DNA of 63,593 nucleotides, the filler included, from Chthonomonadaceae bacterium (GTDB lineage Bacteria; Armatimonadota; Chthonomonadetes; Chthonomonadales; Chthonomonadaceae): NCBI GenBank assembly GCA_035650735.1. It is 5 parts of 5 records of this genome, joined end to end, with 100 filler letters (N's around TTAATTAATTAA, not from the genome) between each part and the next. Parts side by side here need not be neighbours in the genome. Positions count along the whole stretch, not along the records: positions 1 to 23,239 come from DASRGZ010000149.1; positions 23,340 to 42,551 come from DASRGZ010000150.1; 3 more parts are not named here. One strand, given 5' to 3'. The notes below the pieces were generated by a model, which was given only the letters and a program-made list of their open reading frames with translations, was not told where the DNA came from and ran no database searches. This document shows, one piece after another, positions 17,301 through 26,167 of this stretch. Positions within the stretch are counted from its first letter, which is position 1, and each line of letters opens with the position of its first letter. The position numbers were made by a program, and so were the translations under genes.

Positions 17301-19399
17301 GCGCCCGTCATGCCCAGGTCGGGAGCGTAGTCAATCTCGCCGCGCGCAGGGTTCGCTACCGGATTGCCCTGCGCGTCCTTGAGGATCGTCTTGCCTGTGC
17401 TGTCGATGGGATTGGTGCGATACTCCCGGTTATCGAGATGGTAGGCCGCCAGCAGCGCCGGCTTGTTGTAGCCGTAGGCGGTCAGCGGCGCGACGCCGTG
17501 GAAGGCGAAGAAGTTCTCGAAGGGCACGGCGCGTCCCTGCTTGTCCAGCGCCTCGCCTTTGGCGTTAAAGACGGTCGGGTGGTTCTCCGCGTCCGTGACC
17601 ATGTCGGCCATCCTCTCCGGCGTGGACCACTGCGAGCGCTGGATCATGTTGCCGCGCACGCCCATGAACGACTTGGTGCGGTTGCGCACGACCACCAGCG
17701 AGTCGGCCAGGCGCGGGTCGGAGCTGGCAATGAAGGATTTGCGCGGGTCAAACATCTCCACGCGGCCTTGCAGCGTGGAGAAGCCGCCCTGGAGGGCCAT
17801 CCGCGACCACTTGGAGGGGTCGGTGATGGGCATGCGCTGCGCGTTCACATCGCCCGGCGCATTGGTATCGGTGACGATGTGCCACATCAGGCAGGCGAGG
17901 AGCTTGACCTGCTGATCCAGGTTAGAGATATTGACCTGTCCGGCGCGGTCGAAGGGCGTATCCACAAGGGCGCGGCTGTCATCCGTGGAGGCGAAGGTGA
18001 CGCCGTTGCCGCCGGCCATCGTCACCGCCTCGGAGTCGAAGGCGGGCTTGCCGGAGATGTAGTTGCGCCAGTTCTTGCCGTCTACGGGGTTGATGCCGTC
18101 GTTGAAGAAGCGCTTGGAGTCGAAGCCCAGGGTGTTGCCGATCTTCTCGGCGTTCTCGCGGCAGACGCGGGCGATGTCGCTGAACTTGCCCTGGATGTCC
18201 TCGCGATAATCATAGAACCAGCCCTTGTAAAAGATGCCGACGGAGCGCGTCTGGCTGGTCAGGTCGAGCCCGCACCAGAGGTAGATGTCCTTGACGGGAT
18301 GCTTCTTCTCAAACCAGCCTGCCGGCGTCCACTCGTCCATGTGCGCGTTGATGTACTCGCGGATGCCCTGGAGGGCCTGGAAGTGGCCGCTGGTGGCGAC
18401 GAACATCATGGAGCGCTTGGGAGGGTGGGCCTTGAACGTGCGGGCTAGCTCCAGCAGTCCCGCCATGCCGCAGGCGGTGTCCGCGCCGGGCGCCAGCGCC
18501 GGCACGACCGAGATCGAGTCGTAGTAGGCCTGGACGACGATAATCTGGTCTTTGAGCTTGGGGTCAGTGCCCTGAATCCAACCGGTGATGTTGCGGGCCT
18601 TGCGGGTCTGCCAGGGCATATTACAGGTGAGCTTGACCGTGGGCGGGCGTCCGCTGGCGCAGGCGGCCAGCAGCGGGGCGGCGTCAGCCTTGGACATCCA
18701 GAAGCGCGGGATGGAGATGGGAATGGAGATAAACTTGGCTTCCGCCTCGCCGCGCATGGTGGTGGTGGGTGCCACGAAGATGACGGCTTTCGCGCCGAGC
18801 CGGGGCGCGTTGAGCCACTCTTCGGCGGAGTTGAAGTCCACCATGACAACGGAGCCTTCGACGTCCTTGCCGTTAAAGTTGCGCAGCTTGCCGTCCCCGA
18901 CATAGATCAGGGGCGCGGTGAGGCCGTCTACGGGCAGCGTGGAGGTGCGGATCAGGTTGGGCCAGAGCGGATACATCCGCAGCTTGGGGCTTGCGCCTGC
19001 GCTCGCCTCGCCGGATCGGGCTTGCAACTGAGCAAACGCGCCCTGATCCGGGTTATCCACGCCGGGATCGTAGGGGACGGTGACGGGAAACTCGTCTACC
19101 TGCACGTTGCTCAGGCCCAGCGTGCGGAACTGCTGCTCGACGTAGTCGGCGGCCTTCCTATCGCCGGGATAGCCCGCCACGCGCGAGCCGAAGCTCGCCA
19201 GCGTGTTGACGGTCGCACGCATCCGCGCCGGGTCAATGAACCCGCTGTACTCGCGATAGGCGTCCTGAAGCGGCTTGGGGACATCGGCTGCCCGTGCGCG
19301 CAGCATACAATAGGAGACGAGCAGCAGCGCGGCAGCGGCGACTATCTTAGGAAGATGGCGGTACGGGCTTCTCTGAAGGCTCTTCCACAGATAAGGCAT
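14393..19399 (-). CDS. Large membrane protein: PA/M28-fold ectodomain + multi-TM + MacB/FtsX permease domains
   Basis: SRVAGYPG, AYYDS..APGAD..GLLELAR; NMRRRKARTFLT; LNTMLGSVFERIKEIHIFSSIG; YPARKAA; GAAAGGGA RBS before ATG 19399. Confidence 0.88.
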   Translation of the reverse strand: MPYLWKSLQRSPYRHLPKIVAAAALLLVSYCMLRARAADVPKPLQDAYREYSGFIDPARMRATVNTLASFGSRVAGYPGDRKAADYVEQQFRTLGLSNVQVDEFPVTVPYDPGVDNPDQGAFAQLQARSGEASAGASPKLRMYPLWPNLIRTSTLPVDGLTAPLIYVGDGKLRNFNGKDVEGSVVMVDFNSAEEWLNAPRLGAKAVIFVAPTTTMRGEAEAKFISIPISIPRFWMSKADAAPLLAACASGRPPTVKLTCNMPWQTRKARNITGWIQGTDPKLKDQIIVVQAYYDSISVVPALAPGADTACGMAGLLELARTFKAHPPKRSMMFVATSGHFQALQGIREYINAHMDEWTPAGWFEKKHPVKDIYLWCGLDLTSQTRSVGIFYKGWFYDYREDIQGKFSDIARVCRENAEKIGNTLGFDSKRFFNDGINPVDGKNWRNYISGKPAFDSEAVTMAGGNGVTFASTDDSRALVDTPFDRAGQVNISNLDQQVKLLACLMWHIVTDTNAPGDVNAQRMPITDPSKWSRMALQGGFSTLQGRVEMFDPRKSFIASSDPRLADSLVVVRNRTKSFMGVRGNMIQRSQWSTPERMADMVTDAENHPTVFNAKGEALDKQGRAVPFENFFAFHGVAPLTAYGYNKPALLAAYHLDNREYRTNPIDSTGKTILKDAQGNPVANPARGEIDYAPDLGMTGAKYIPLDVLVTTAVKETPIIVFRCVPTAIYDLVDQQSLRALTGIDVYDGETNGEPRMYGYAIDPQDPSLVGSYVEDVAVLFSQPGSRLKISMNSGPGATRLLLINSQYDPSDPFNKKDDPNYNPEGIGYLVAGDPREAQNADLMGIAKEVSYDPTKEIAKSGAIYDTALHVAEDMWKLDDFRMRRLAKYRILDMNSDEGVPGLHKRAAEAIARAQKAKDAKDWETFDAASRAAWGFESRAYPDVQQTAIDVVQGVLFYLALLLPFAYFAERLIWGFFDLKRQLSVAALIFLAIFLCFRFVHPAFDITMNPIIVLLAFVMLALSSIVIAMIAGKFEEQLKEINRSVSGIHKADIGRVSVALAAFNLGISNMRRRKARTFLTCITLILLTFTVLSFTSVVQTMRFNRVPAPNEHGPRYNGIMIRTAMWDPLQEPAYRLLADEYGRTHAVAPRAWYFGTQLGEQSFLTLKRADKQYEAKAMVGLSPAEAKITRPQEALETDNQGRPIGRWFQPGDRYVMILPDAIANQLRIDPADVGKAKVTYSGVEYTVIGILDSQKLKDFADLDNEILTPVDFITMNKLNRQGKGGGDQGFKEYTHLEPDMVFFIPYQTAVNIGAEIRSIAIDFGDPKAVLQRLDPLMHRLGLNLYAGQITNPNAPNPRDRGHIERYSSIAATSSRGLELVFFPILIASLIVLNTMLGSVFERIKEIHIFSSIGLAPSHIGMLFIAEALVYAILGSVAGYLLGQFTSKILVWTGWLPDLYLNFSSVSAVMTTLIVVGVVLLSTLYPARKAAEVATPAIDRTWRVPEPEGDHWVIPLPFAVTGEQAAGLNSFLGEWFAAYEEYSIGDFVTQGVESEEFQHENGKGYRIKCMTWLAPFDLGVSQRVAVETTPTDTPDVFDIRLLIDRESGDISNWKRVNRRFLNTLRKQFLIWRTLKQAERERYLLEAENNKAQTVSAPTPPAMGPEPSPAG

Positions 19400-19572
19400 G
19401 GATATTTCCCTTTCATTGGGAAAACGAGCGAACACAGAGACACATGGGGGGACGTCTTGGTCGTTCGTTTTTGCTTACGGCGGTTTCAGCGCAGGGGTAC
19501 GTGCTATTCTGCGCTAGGATTTATGCATATCAAGGCAAATAGGAAAGTACAACGGGGCTTTTTGCACCCCTG

Positions 19573-19601
19573 ATCATAACATAAGGGCACGCAAAAATCA
19601 A
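19573..19601 (-). promoter_or_regulatory. Putative sigma70 promoter for the large minus-strand cluster
   Basis: Minus strand TTGATT-N17-TATGAT with an extended TG. Confidence 0.5.
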
Positions 19602-20088
19602 GCATCCCGGCAATCCGCCGCATCCACGCCTGGCATGCAGCGGAACGGCGCCCTAGGATTCGACACGGAGGGGTCTTCTTCCTCTTTGACGCTCAAAAGC
19701 CCCAAATGTGACAGTCCTGGCAGGCCCGGCAGGATGGCAACACAGAGGAGAACTGGATTGATTACTTTATGGAATTATTTTGCGTAGCGTGCAGGAATAC
19801 CAGGAAGTCACTGCGAAGTCAGGGGTAGGCCCGGCCTCACCCGGCCTTCAAAATCCCGCCCGCACGCTCCTGGCCGGCTTCGTCTCCTTAAGCCCCATCG
19901 AGAAGACGACGTTTCGCTCACCCAGGTAATCTACGACGCCGGGATTCCCTTCCATGCGGCCCGGCGCTGGCTTGCGCAATCCTCGTGTATCCGGCCGGGC
20001 GGGGTTGGCACGGCGGCAGCGCGCAGTCGTAGCACGCGCCGTCGCCTCTCTTTCAGTTGTACCTGCATCTGATAAGGAGAGACCCGTT

Positions 20089-20679
20089 ATGAAATGCCTT
20101 CTGCAAGCCATTCTTCTCACGGCGGCGATAGCGCTTCTCGCCCCGACCAGTCAGGCCCAGGCCTTCATGGCCGATCTTACCGGGGCAAGCGAATCTCCAC
20201 CCAACACCTCACCGGGAACCGGGCAAGCCCTCGTTATCCTCGATCCAGTTGCCGATACTATGCATGTGCAGGTGAGCTTTAGCGGCCTGGAGGGGACGAC
20301 AACGGCCTCCCACATTCACAGCGCGACGGCGGCTCCCTTTACCGGCAACGCGGGCGTCGCAACGACGGTTCCTACGTTTCCTGATTTCCCGTTGGGAGTG
20401 ACCAGCGGAACCTATGACCGTCTGTTCGACATGACGCAGGCCTCGTCGTACAACCCGGCGTTTATCACGGCGCATGGTGGGACGCCGGCCAGCGCGGAGG
20501 CGGCTCTTTTCGACTCGATCATGGCGGGGACGGCGTACCTGAACATCCACACCAACGTTCACCCTGGCGGCGAGATTCGGGGCTTCCTAGTCCCTGCCGT
20601 ACCGGAGCCAGGAGTCCTGGGCCTGCTGGGAGGGCTGGGTGTGTGCGGATCGCTGTTGGCCCGGCGTCGGCGCTGCTAA
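20089..20679 (+). CDS. CHRD-domain protein with PEP-CTERM sorting signal
   Basis: Signal peptide, LTGASESPP, SHIH, YLNIHT..PGGEIRG; C-terminal VPEP-hydrophobic-RRRR; AAGGAG RBS. Confidence 0.92.
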   Translation: MKCLLQAILLTAAIALLAPTSQAQAFMADLTGASESPPNTSPGTGQALVILDPVADTMHVQVSFSGLEGTTTASHIHSATAAPFTGNAGVATTVPTFPDFPLGVTSGTYDRLFDMTQASSYNPAFITAHGGTPASAEAALFDSIMAGTAYLNIHTNVHPGGEIRGFLVPAVPEPGVLGLLGGLGVCGSLLARRRRC

Positions 20680-20770
20680 GAGCCCCTAACAAAACCCGTT
20701 CTCCCTCTGCCTTGCACGGAGAGGGCCGGGGTGAGGGGAGAGCCTGACAGCCACGTTGTGTTAGGGGCTC
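20680..20770. mobile_element. 91-bp MITE-like element
   Basis: Perfect 12-bp terminal inverted repeats GAGCCCCTAACA/TGTTAGGGGCTC, flanked on both sides by TAA. Confidence 0.6.
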
Positions 20771-20819
20771 TAAAGCTCTCTCCTGAAGGGGGCGCATAAG
20801 GCCGCATGGAATTCGGTGG

Positions 20820-20850
20820 AGCGGGGCTGAGGTTTCTCAGCCCCGCTTTC
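20820..20850 (+). terminator. Probable intrinsic terminator
   Basis: AGCGGGGCTGAG-gttt-CTCAGCCCCGCT followed by TTC. Confidence 0.6.
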
Positions 20851-21057
20851 TCCGGTCTAGAAAGGTCGGGAATTTGCCCACTTTTTGCGGGCAGGGCTAG
20901 ACATTTACGCGCAAATTCGCTATACTGGCACTAATTCGGTGCCTGTCTATCCGGCCCTTATCAAGCGGGGGCCGCCTTGCCGCTGCCAGCCGCCTGTTCC
21001 ATTCCGCTCCGCCATTTCCGACGACCCTCAGCGTCCCAGATTTCCCGGCAAAGGTAG

Positions 21058-23082
21058 GTGCTTATGGTCCAACACATAACCTCTGACTCCGACTCCGCCA
21101 ACTTGCGCAAAGGACGCTCTCATACTGCCGTTTCTCCTTTGCTTCCCCGCTTTCTTCGCCTGGCGCTGCCGTTCCTTCTCGTCTGTCTGCCCTTCTCGGC
21201 TCGTGCTGATGACGGCCTCACTCCGGTTCATTTGCGGATAGCGGGCCGCGAGATTCGGGGCAAGACGGCCTCTCTCGCGGATGAGCGCGAGACGTATGTA
21301 CCTCTGGAGGCCCTGGAGGCGGTCGGGGCCACAGGGCAGATCAACCGGCGCGGCGATGCCGTTCTCGTCACGCTGACGCGCTCCCAGGAGCGCGCCGAGC
21401 TGGCGCTGGCCCAGATCAACGGCCAGCCCATGATCGCCCTCTCCGATCTGGCGCAGCTGCTCGATGCGGTGGTGGATCGGCCCGACAAGCTGGATGAGGA
21501 CGGCAAGCCGCTGGCAGGAACGCCGGGCGATACGGTCTACCTGTTGGCGCGCGTCACCGACGCCCGGCTGGAAAACGGCGTGCTGCGCGTCACCACGAGC
21601 TTCCCTGTTCCCTATCGTGCGCGTATGCTCTCGGAGATGAAGCCGCCGCGCGGACTGATTGACTGCGTCGGCGCGGCGGTCGGCAAGGATTTTCGTCCTG
21701 CCCCGCTGCCGGAGGGCGAGAGGCGCGCGCTGCGCCTGCGCGCCGGGCAGTTCACCGACGAGGTGGCCCGCATTGTTGTCGAGTTGAACGGCGGCTGCGC
21801 GCTCGTGCCCTCGACCTCGATCACCAACGCGCAGACGACCATCCAGGCGGCGCTGACGGGAACGGGCAGCGAAACGAAGGCGGCGGATGCGCGCCTACGG
21901 AGGCCCGGCGCGGTCGGCGCAACGGACGAGCGTGCGGCGGGCGAGGGGCAGCCGGAGCCCGATCCACGAAACCAGTCCGGCTCTCAAACCGTACCTCCTT
22001 CGGGGAGCGCCGCGCAGAAAGCGCCGAGCACTCCGAAGCCGCGCGGCAGGGGAGCGTGGGCGTCGCGCGGCGGCAAGGCTGTGCGCGCGCCCGTTGCCAT
22101 TCGCGCCCTGACGTTTGCCGAGGAAAATGAGACGCGGGCGCGGCTGGTGATCGAAACCAGCGGCAAGGCCAGCGCCTATGTCCATTATTTGCGCGGGGCC
22201 AAGCAGATGGCGGTGGATATTCCCAACGCTATCCTGTCTCTGGCCGCGCCCACGGGCTGCGATCAGACGTTCACGCACCCGCTGGTGAGCGCGCTGCACG
22301 CGGTCATGGCGCAGGAGGCGCCGCCCATGGCGCGCGTGACGCTGGAGATGAACCGCGTCGTCGGCTTCAGCCTGAACGCGCAGAACGATAAGCTGGTGCT
22401 GGAGCTGCGCCTGCCGCGCAGCGCGACCGGCGCGCTTGCCGGCAAGCTCATCGTCGTGGACCCTGGACACGGCGGCTCTTCTACCGGCGCGACCGGGCAC
22501 GGCGCGGGCTACACGGTCTACGAAAAGAACATTACGCTCGCTATCGCCCTCAAGCTGCGGACGGCGCTGGAGGCGTGCGGAGCGCGCGTAGTGATGACCC
22601 GCGAGCGCGATATGGACGTGCCGCTCTATGACCGCCCGCGCCTGGCCAACAGCATCGGCGCGGATCTGTTTATCAGCATCCATAACGACTCGAACGGCCA
22701 GCCCAATTCGGCCTCCGGCACCAGCACTTACTATCACATGGGCGATCCGAGCAGCCGCGCTCTGGCCGTCTGTGTTCAGGAGGCGGTCTGTGCGGTGACG
22801 GGCCTGCCCAACCGAGGCGCGCTCTCGGATGGTATACTGTATGCCAGCGGACTCGCCGTGCTGCGCACGAGCCGGATGCCGGCCGTCCTGTGCGAGGTCG
22901 CCTATATCAATAACGCTTACGACCGCCATAAGCTGATGGATCCAGAGTTCCAGCAGCGGGTGGCGCAGGCGATCTGCGACGGCATTCGCGCCTATATCGA
23001 GGGAACCAAGCAGGTCGCCAGCGCGCGCCCCGTCGGCCCGGAGGCGCGACTGTCCGAAACGGCTGGCTTTACCGGGCACTGA
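21058..23082 (+). CDS. N-acetylmuramoyl-L-alanine amidase (Amidase_3) with AMIN-like domains
   Basis: IVVDPGHGG, EKNITL, FISIHND, PAVLCEVAYINN; start uncertain. Confidence 0.92.
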   Translation: MLMVQHITSDSDSANLRKGRSHTAVSPLLPRFLRLALPFLLVCLPFSARADDGLTPVHLRIAGREIRGKTASLADERETYVPLEALEAVGATGQINRRGDAVLVTLTRSQERAELALAQINGQPMIALSDLAQLLDAVVDRPDKLDEDGKPLAGTPGDTVYLLARVTDARLENGVLRVTTSFPVPYRARMLSEMKPPRGLIDCVGAAVGKDFRPAPLPEGERRALRLRAGQFTDEVARIVVELNGGCALVPSTSITNAQTTIQAALTGTGSETKAADARLRRPGAVGATDERAAGEGQPEPDPRNQSGSQTVPPSGSAAQKAPSTPKPRGRGAWASRGGKAVRAPVAIRALTFAEENETRARLVIETSGKASAYVHYLRGAKQMAVDIPNAILSLAAPTGCDQTFTHPLVSALHAVMAQEAPPMARVTLEMNRVVGFSLNAQNDKLVLELRLPRSATGALAGKLIVVDPGHGGSSTGATGHGAGYTVYEKNITLAIALKLRTALEACGARVVMTRERDMDVPLYDRPRLANSIGADLFISIHNDSNGQPNSASGTSTYYHMGDPSSRALAVCVQEAVCAVTGLPNRGALSDGILYASGLAVLRTSRMPAVLCEVAYINNAYDRHKLMDPEFQQRVAQAICDGIRAYIEGTKQVASARPVGPEARLSETAGFTGH

Positions 23083-23239
23083 AAGTACCCGGCTCTAGGG
23101 CCTACGACCAAGCGTCCTGGCGGACGCCCCCTTGTGGCAAGGTCTGCCTGCCCTACGAAGGCAGCAACCTCCCGATAGGCAGGTGGTTCCGTCCGCAGGC
23201 ATAGCCGCCCCGGCACGCCGGGGGGTGAAAACCCCCGTC

Positions 23240-23339
23240 NNNNNNNNNNNNNNNNNNNNNNNNNNNNNNNNNNNNNNNNNNNNTTAATTAATTAANNNNN
23301 NNNNNNNNNNNNNNNNNNNNNNNNNNNNNNNNNNNNNNN
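23240..23339. other. Artificial contig linker
   Basis: N-run containing TTAATTAATTAA. Confidence 0.98.
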
Positions 23340-24088
23340 CGCAAGATATCGCCGAGCACGGGCGTCAGGGTCGTGTGGCGGATCTTTCCCGACTCCCCCT
23401 GCTCGATCCAGCTAGGCGTCATCGGCTGTTCGAGCGCGGCCAGATCGGTTCCCGCCGGTAGGAGCAGGCGGCTCTCCTCCCAGCCCTCTGTCTCCAGCTT
23501 CTTCATCTCTTGCAGGAACAGATCGGCGGTTGCCGGCTCCCAGACCCAGACCTTGACGACCTCCATCAGGCCCCGGCTGGCCACGATAGCATCCAGGGTC
23601 AGGCGGGCAGTGGTCGCGCCGGTCTCGCGGCGCTGCTCGTCGGTAATGACGGTCGGCTGGGTGAGCAGGTTCTCCGTCATATCCGGGACGATGATGGATC
23701 TGGCGCCTTTGCGGCGGGCCTGCTGCATGGCGTTGCGAATGGCCAGCAGGAAGTTCTGCGGGGTGACGCGCTTGAACTCGTCGAAGATGACCGCCAACAA
23801 GGTGTACTTGAAGCGGTAGCGCCCTCCGGTGCCCAGGAAGGCGGTGCCGGGCGGCAGCGGCGCGGCTTTGTTGGCCTCATACTGCGCGGCGTCGCCCCCA
23901 TAGTCGCGGATCATCTTGGCGATGCCGCTGACCATCTTCAGGTCAGGGGCGACCGGCGCGATGATGGCGTCGGCATGCATGAAGAAGGGGAGCTTGCGTT
24001 TCGTGACCCACAGCTCAATGGTCGTGTTCTCTACGGAGACACGATAGATCGGTCGGTAGAAGATACGCATTTTGGTCTCAATTCCCAC
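23340..24088 (-). CDS. Macro-domain-like protein (3' end lost in gap)
   Basis: ADAIIAP...LKMVSGIAKMIRDYGG..PLPPGTAFLGTGG resembles the macro-domain pattern. Confidence 0.6.
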
Positions 24089-24359
24089 TCGCCCTGCATA
24101 GCGGGCGCAGCTTCCCTCAAAGGCAACAGTGCGTTTACCGTCAGGCAGGATGCGCTTTGCGTTCGTGGCGGCGCGATGGAGCCCGGAGCGCCCTGTTATT
24201 GGAAGCTACTTGGTGATTATAGGTTCCGTATTTTCACCGCTCCGGCGCCCGCTTTCCCCATGCGGCCTTCATCCCCGATAGACCTCCCCCCCGGCCCCTC
24301 TCCTTCGTAAGGGGAGGGGAGAGGAGAAGCCAACTCTGCCTCTCCCCCTGTTCTTGGGG

Positions 24360-24465
24360 GTCGCCAGGTGTGGCCAGGCGGAGGCAAGGGCCGTAACCTT
24401 GCCGACCCTGGCAGTGGCGCGAACCGTTGAGCGCCGACCCTAGCAGTGGGAAGGGGGTGGGGGCC
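24360..24465. repeat. Modular intergenic repeat copy
   Basis: GCCAGGCGGAGGCAAGGGCCGTAACCTTGCCGACCCTGGCAGT core shared with copies near 27690, 34065, 51100 (inverted) and 63570. Confidence 0.85.
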
Positions 24466-24557
24466 AGAACGGAATAATCCTGTCTAAAGCCTTGCGCGGC
24501 CAGGAAAGCGGGCGGCAGCTAGGGAATTATAGCACATTTGCCCGGAGGAAACGCGCA

Positions 24558-25178
24558 TCAGAAAGTGCCGTAGAGGCGGTCTCCAAAATCGCCCAGGCCG
24601 GGGAGAATAAATTTGCGGTCGTTGAGGTCGCGGTCGAGGGAGGCGGCGATAATTTCGAGTTTTGGGAAGCTTTCGGCCAGGCGCGCTACGCCCTGGGGCG
24701 CGGCCACCACGCAGAGCAGCTTCACGCGCGCCGCGCCCGCCGCATAGAGCTGATTGGCCGCCCAGGCCGCCGAGCCGCCTGTCGCCAACATGGGATCGAG
24801 CAGCAAGGCCGTGCGGCCTTCGGTGGCAGGCAGCTTGCAATAGTAGGAGGAGGCGATGGCCGTCTGCTCATCGCGCTCCAGCCCCACATAGCCGACGACG
24901 GCTTGCGGCAGCAGTTCCAGTGCGGCCTCCAGCATCCCTAGCCCGGCGCGCAGCACCGGCACCAGCACCACCTGCGTATCTAGTTGACAGGCGGCGGTCT
25001 CCTCCAGGGGAGTGAGAACGGTGATCGGGCGGGTCGGCAGATCGCGGGCGGCCTCGACGACCAGGATCTGGGTCAGAGCGCGCGTCAGCGCGCGGAAGTG
25101 TTCCGGCGGCGTGGCCGTGGCGCGCAGTTGGGCCAGGATATGCGCGGCCAGGGCATGTTGTAAGACTGTCAGCGGCAT
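24558..25178 (-). CDS. upp: Uracil phosphoribosyltransferase
   Basis: VPVLRAGLGM, LDPMLATGGS, FILPGLGDFGDRLYGT. Confidence 0.96.
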   Translation of the reverse strand: MPLTVLQHALAAHILAQLRATATPPEHFRALTRALTQILVVEAARDLPTRPITVLTPLEETAACQLDTQVVLVPVLRAGLGMLEAALELLPQAVVGYVGLERDEQTAIASSYYCKLPATEGRTALLLDPMLATGGSAAWAANQLYAAGAARVKLLCVVAAPQGVARLAESFPKLEIIAASLDRDLNDRKFILPGLGDFGDRLYGTF

Positions 25179-25179
25179 C

Positions 25180-25998
25180 CTACCTTCTCCCGGAACCCCG
25201 ATTGGTGGGCTGCACGGCGGCGTTGCGCTCGATGCGGGCATCCTGCCCGGCAACCGTCTGCCCTGCGGCCCCTTCTGTGCTTGCGGCTTGCGGCTCCCGA
25301 CTGCCGACCGCCGGCGTCGGGGGCGAAGTGGGCCGGCCATTGGCGGTCATCAACGCGGCGATAGCGTCCATCACCGCCGTTGTGATCTCTTCTCGCGCCG
25401 CATCTGGCCCAAACCGCAGCGGCTTGCCGAACGCGATGGTAATGGGCACGCGCCGGATGGATTTTCGGTTGGCGGGCAGCATTTCGTAAGTGCCCAGGAT
25501 CGCCACCGGCACCACCGGAACGCCGCTTTTCTGGGCCAAGAGCGCGATTCCGGGCAGCGCCGGATGCAGCAGGCCGTCGCGCGTGCGCTCGCCCTCCGGG
25601 AACATCGCCACCGCCTCTCCCTGCGCCAGCCAATCGAGGACGCGGCGGAGGGTGGCCCTGTCTGCGGAGTGCCGCCTGATGGGAAAGCCCATGCAGCGGT
25701 CGCACAGGAATGCCATGAGACGGCTCTGCCAGAGCTCGGCTTTCGCCATGATCCAGAGACGCCGATACCCGTAGAGCGCCGCCCCGAGAAGCGGCGGATC
25801 AAGATAGCTGGCATGATTGGCTGCCAGCAGCAGGCCGCCCGTGCGCGCCACGTTCTCCAGGCCCACGACCTTCCAGCGCGCATACAGGCGAAAAAAGAGG
25901 CGCAGTGCCACCCCTACCAGATGATAGATGGGATTATATCCGGCGCGTGGATAGGGCTTCCATTCTTGCTCTTGCGACATCTCTATTCTCCGGGCCAT
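25180..25998 (-). CDS. plsC: 1-acyl-sn-glycerol-3-phosphate acyltransferase
   Basis: NHASYLD and FPEGER motifs; next to cmk. Confidence 0.88.
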   Translation of the reverse strand: MARRIEMSQEQEWKPYPRAGYNPIYHLVGVALRLFFRLYARWKVVGLENVARTGGLLLAANHASYLDPPLLGAALYGYRRLWIMAKAELWQSRLMAFLCDRCMGFPIRRHSADRATLRRVLDWLAQGEAVAMFPEGERTRDGLLHPALPGIALLAQKSGVPVVPVAILGTYEMLPANRKSIRRVPITIAFGKPLRFGPDAAREEITTAVMDAIAALMTANGRPTSPPTPAVGSREPQAASTEGAAGQTVAGQDARIERNAAVQPTNRGSGRR

Positions 25999-26167
25999 GA
26001 ATGACCCGTCTGGGTGGCTCTGCTAGGGTCGGCGCTGCAATGGTTCGCGCCTCCGCCTAGCGAGGCCAAGCGTCTTAGCGGACGCCCAGTAAAGCCAGGT
26101 TGTTCCGTCCGCAAGGACGGTTGGCGGCAAAGCCGCCCTCCAGACGGGTACTTTCAGTGCCCGGCTC

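Noticed and set aside
14729..18448. 1239-aa plus-strand ORF
   Set aside because: Antisense shadow of the large M28-fold/FtsX gene; no motifs; expected in high-GC DNA.
19848..19955. 35-codon minus-strand ORF (MEGNPGVV...) as a precursor peptide for the PqqD-like protein
   Set aside because: No convincing RBS or RiPP-like features, and it lies upstream of the predicted cluster promoter.
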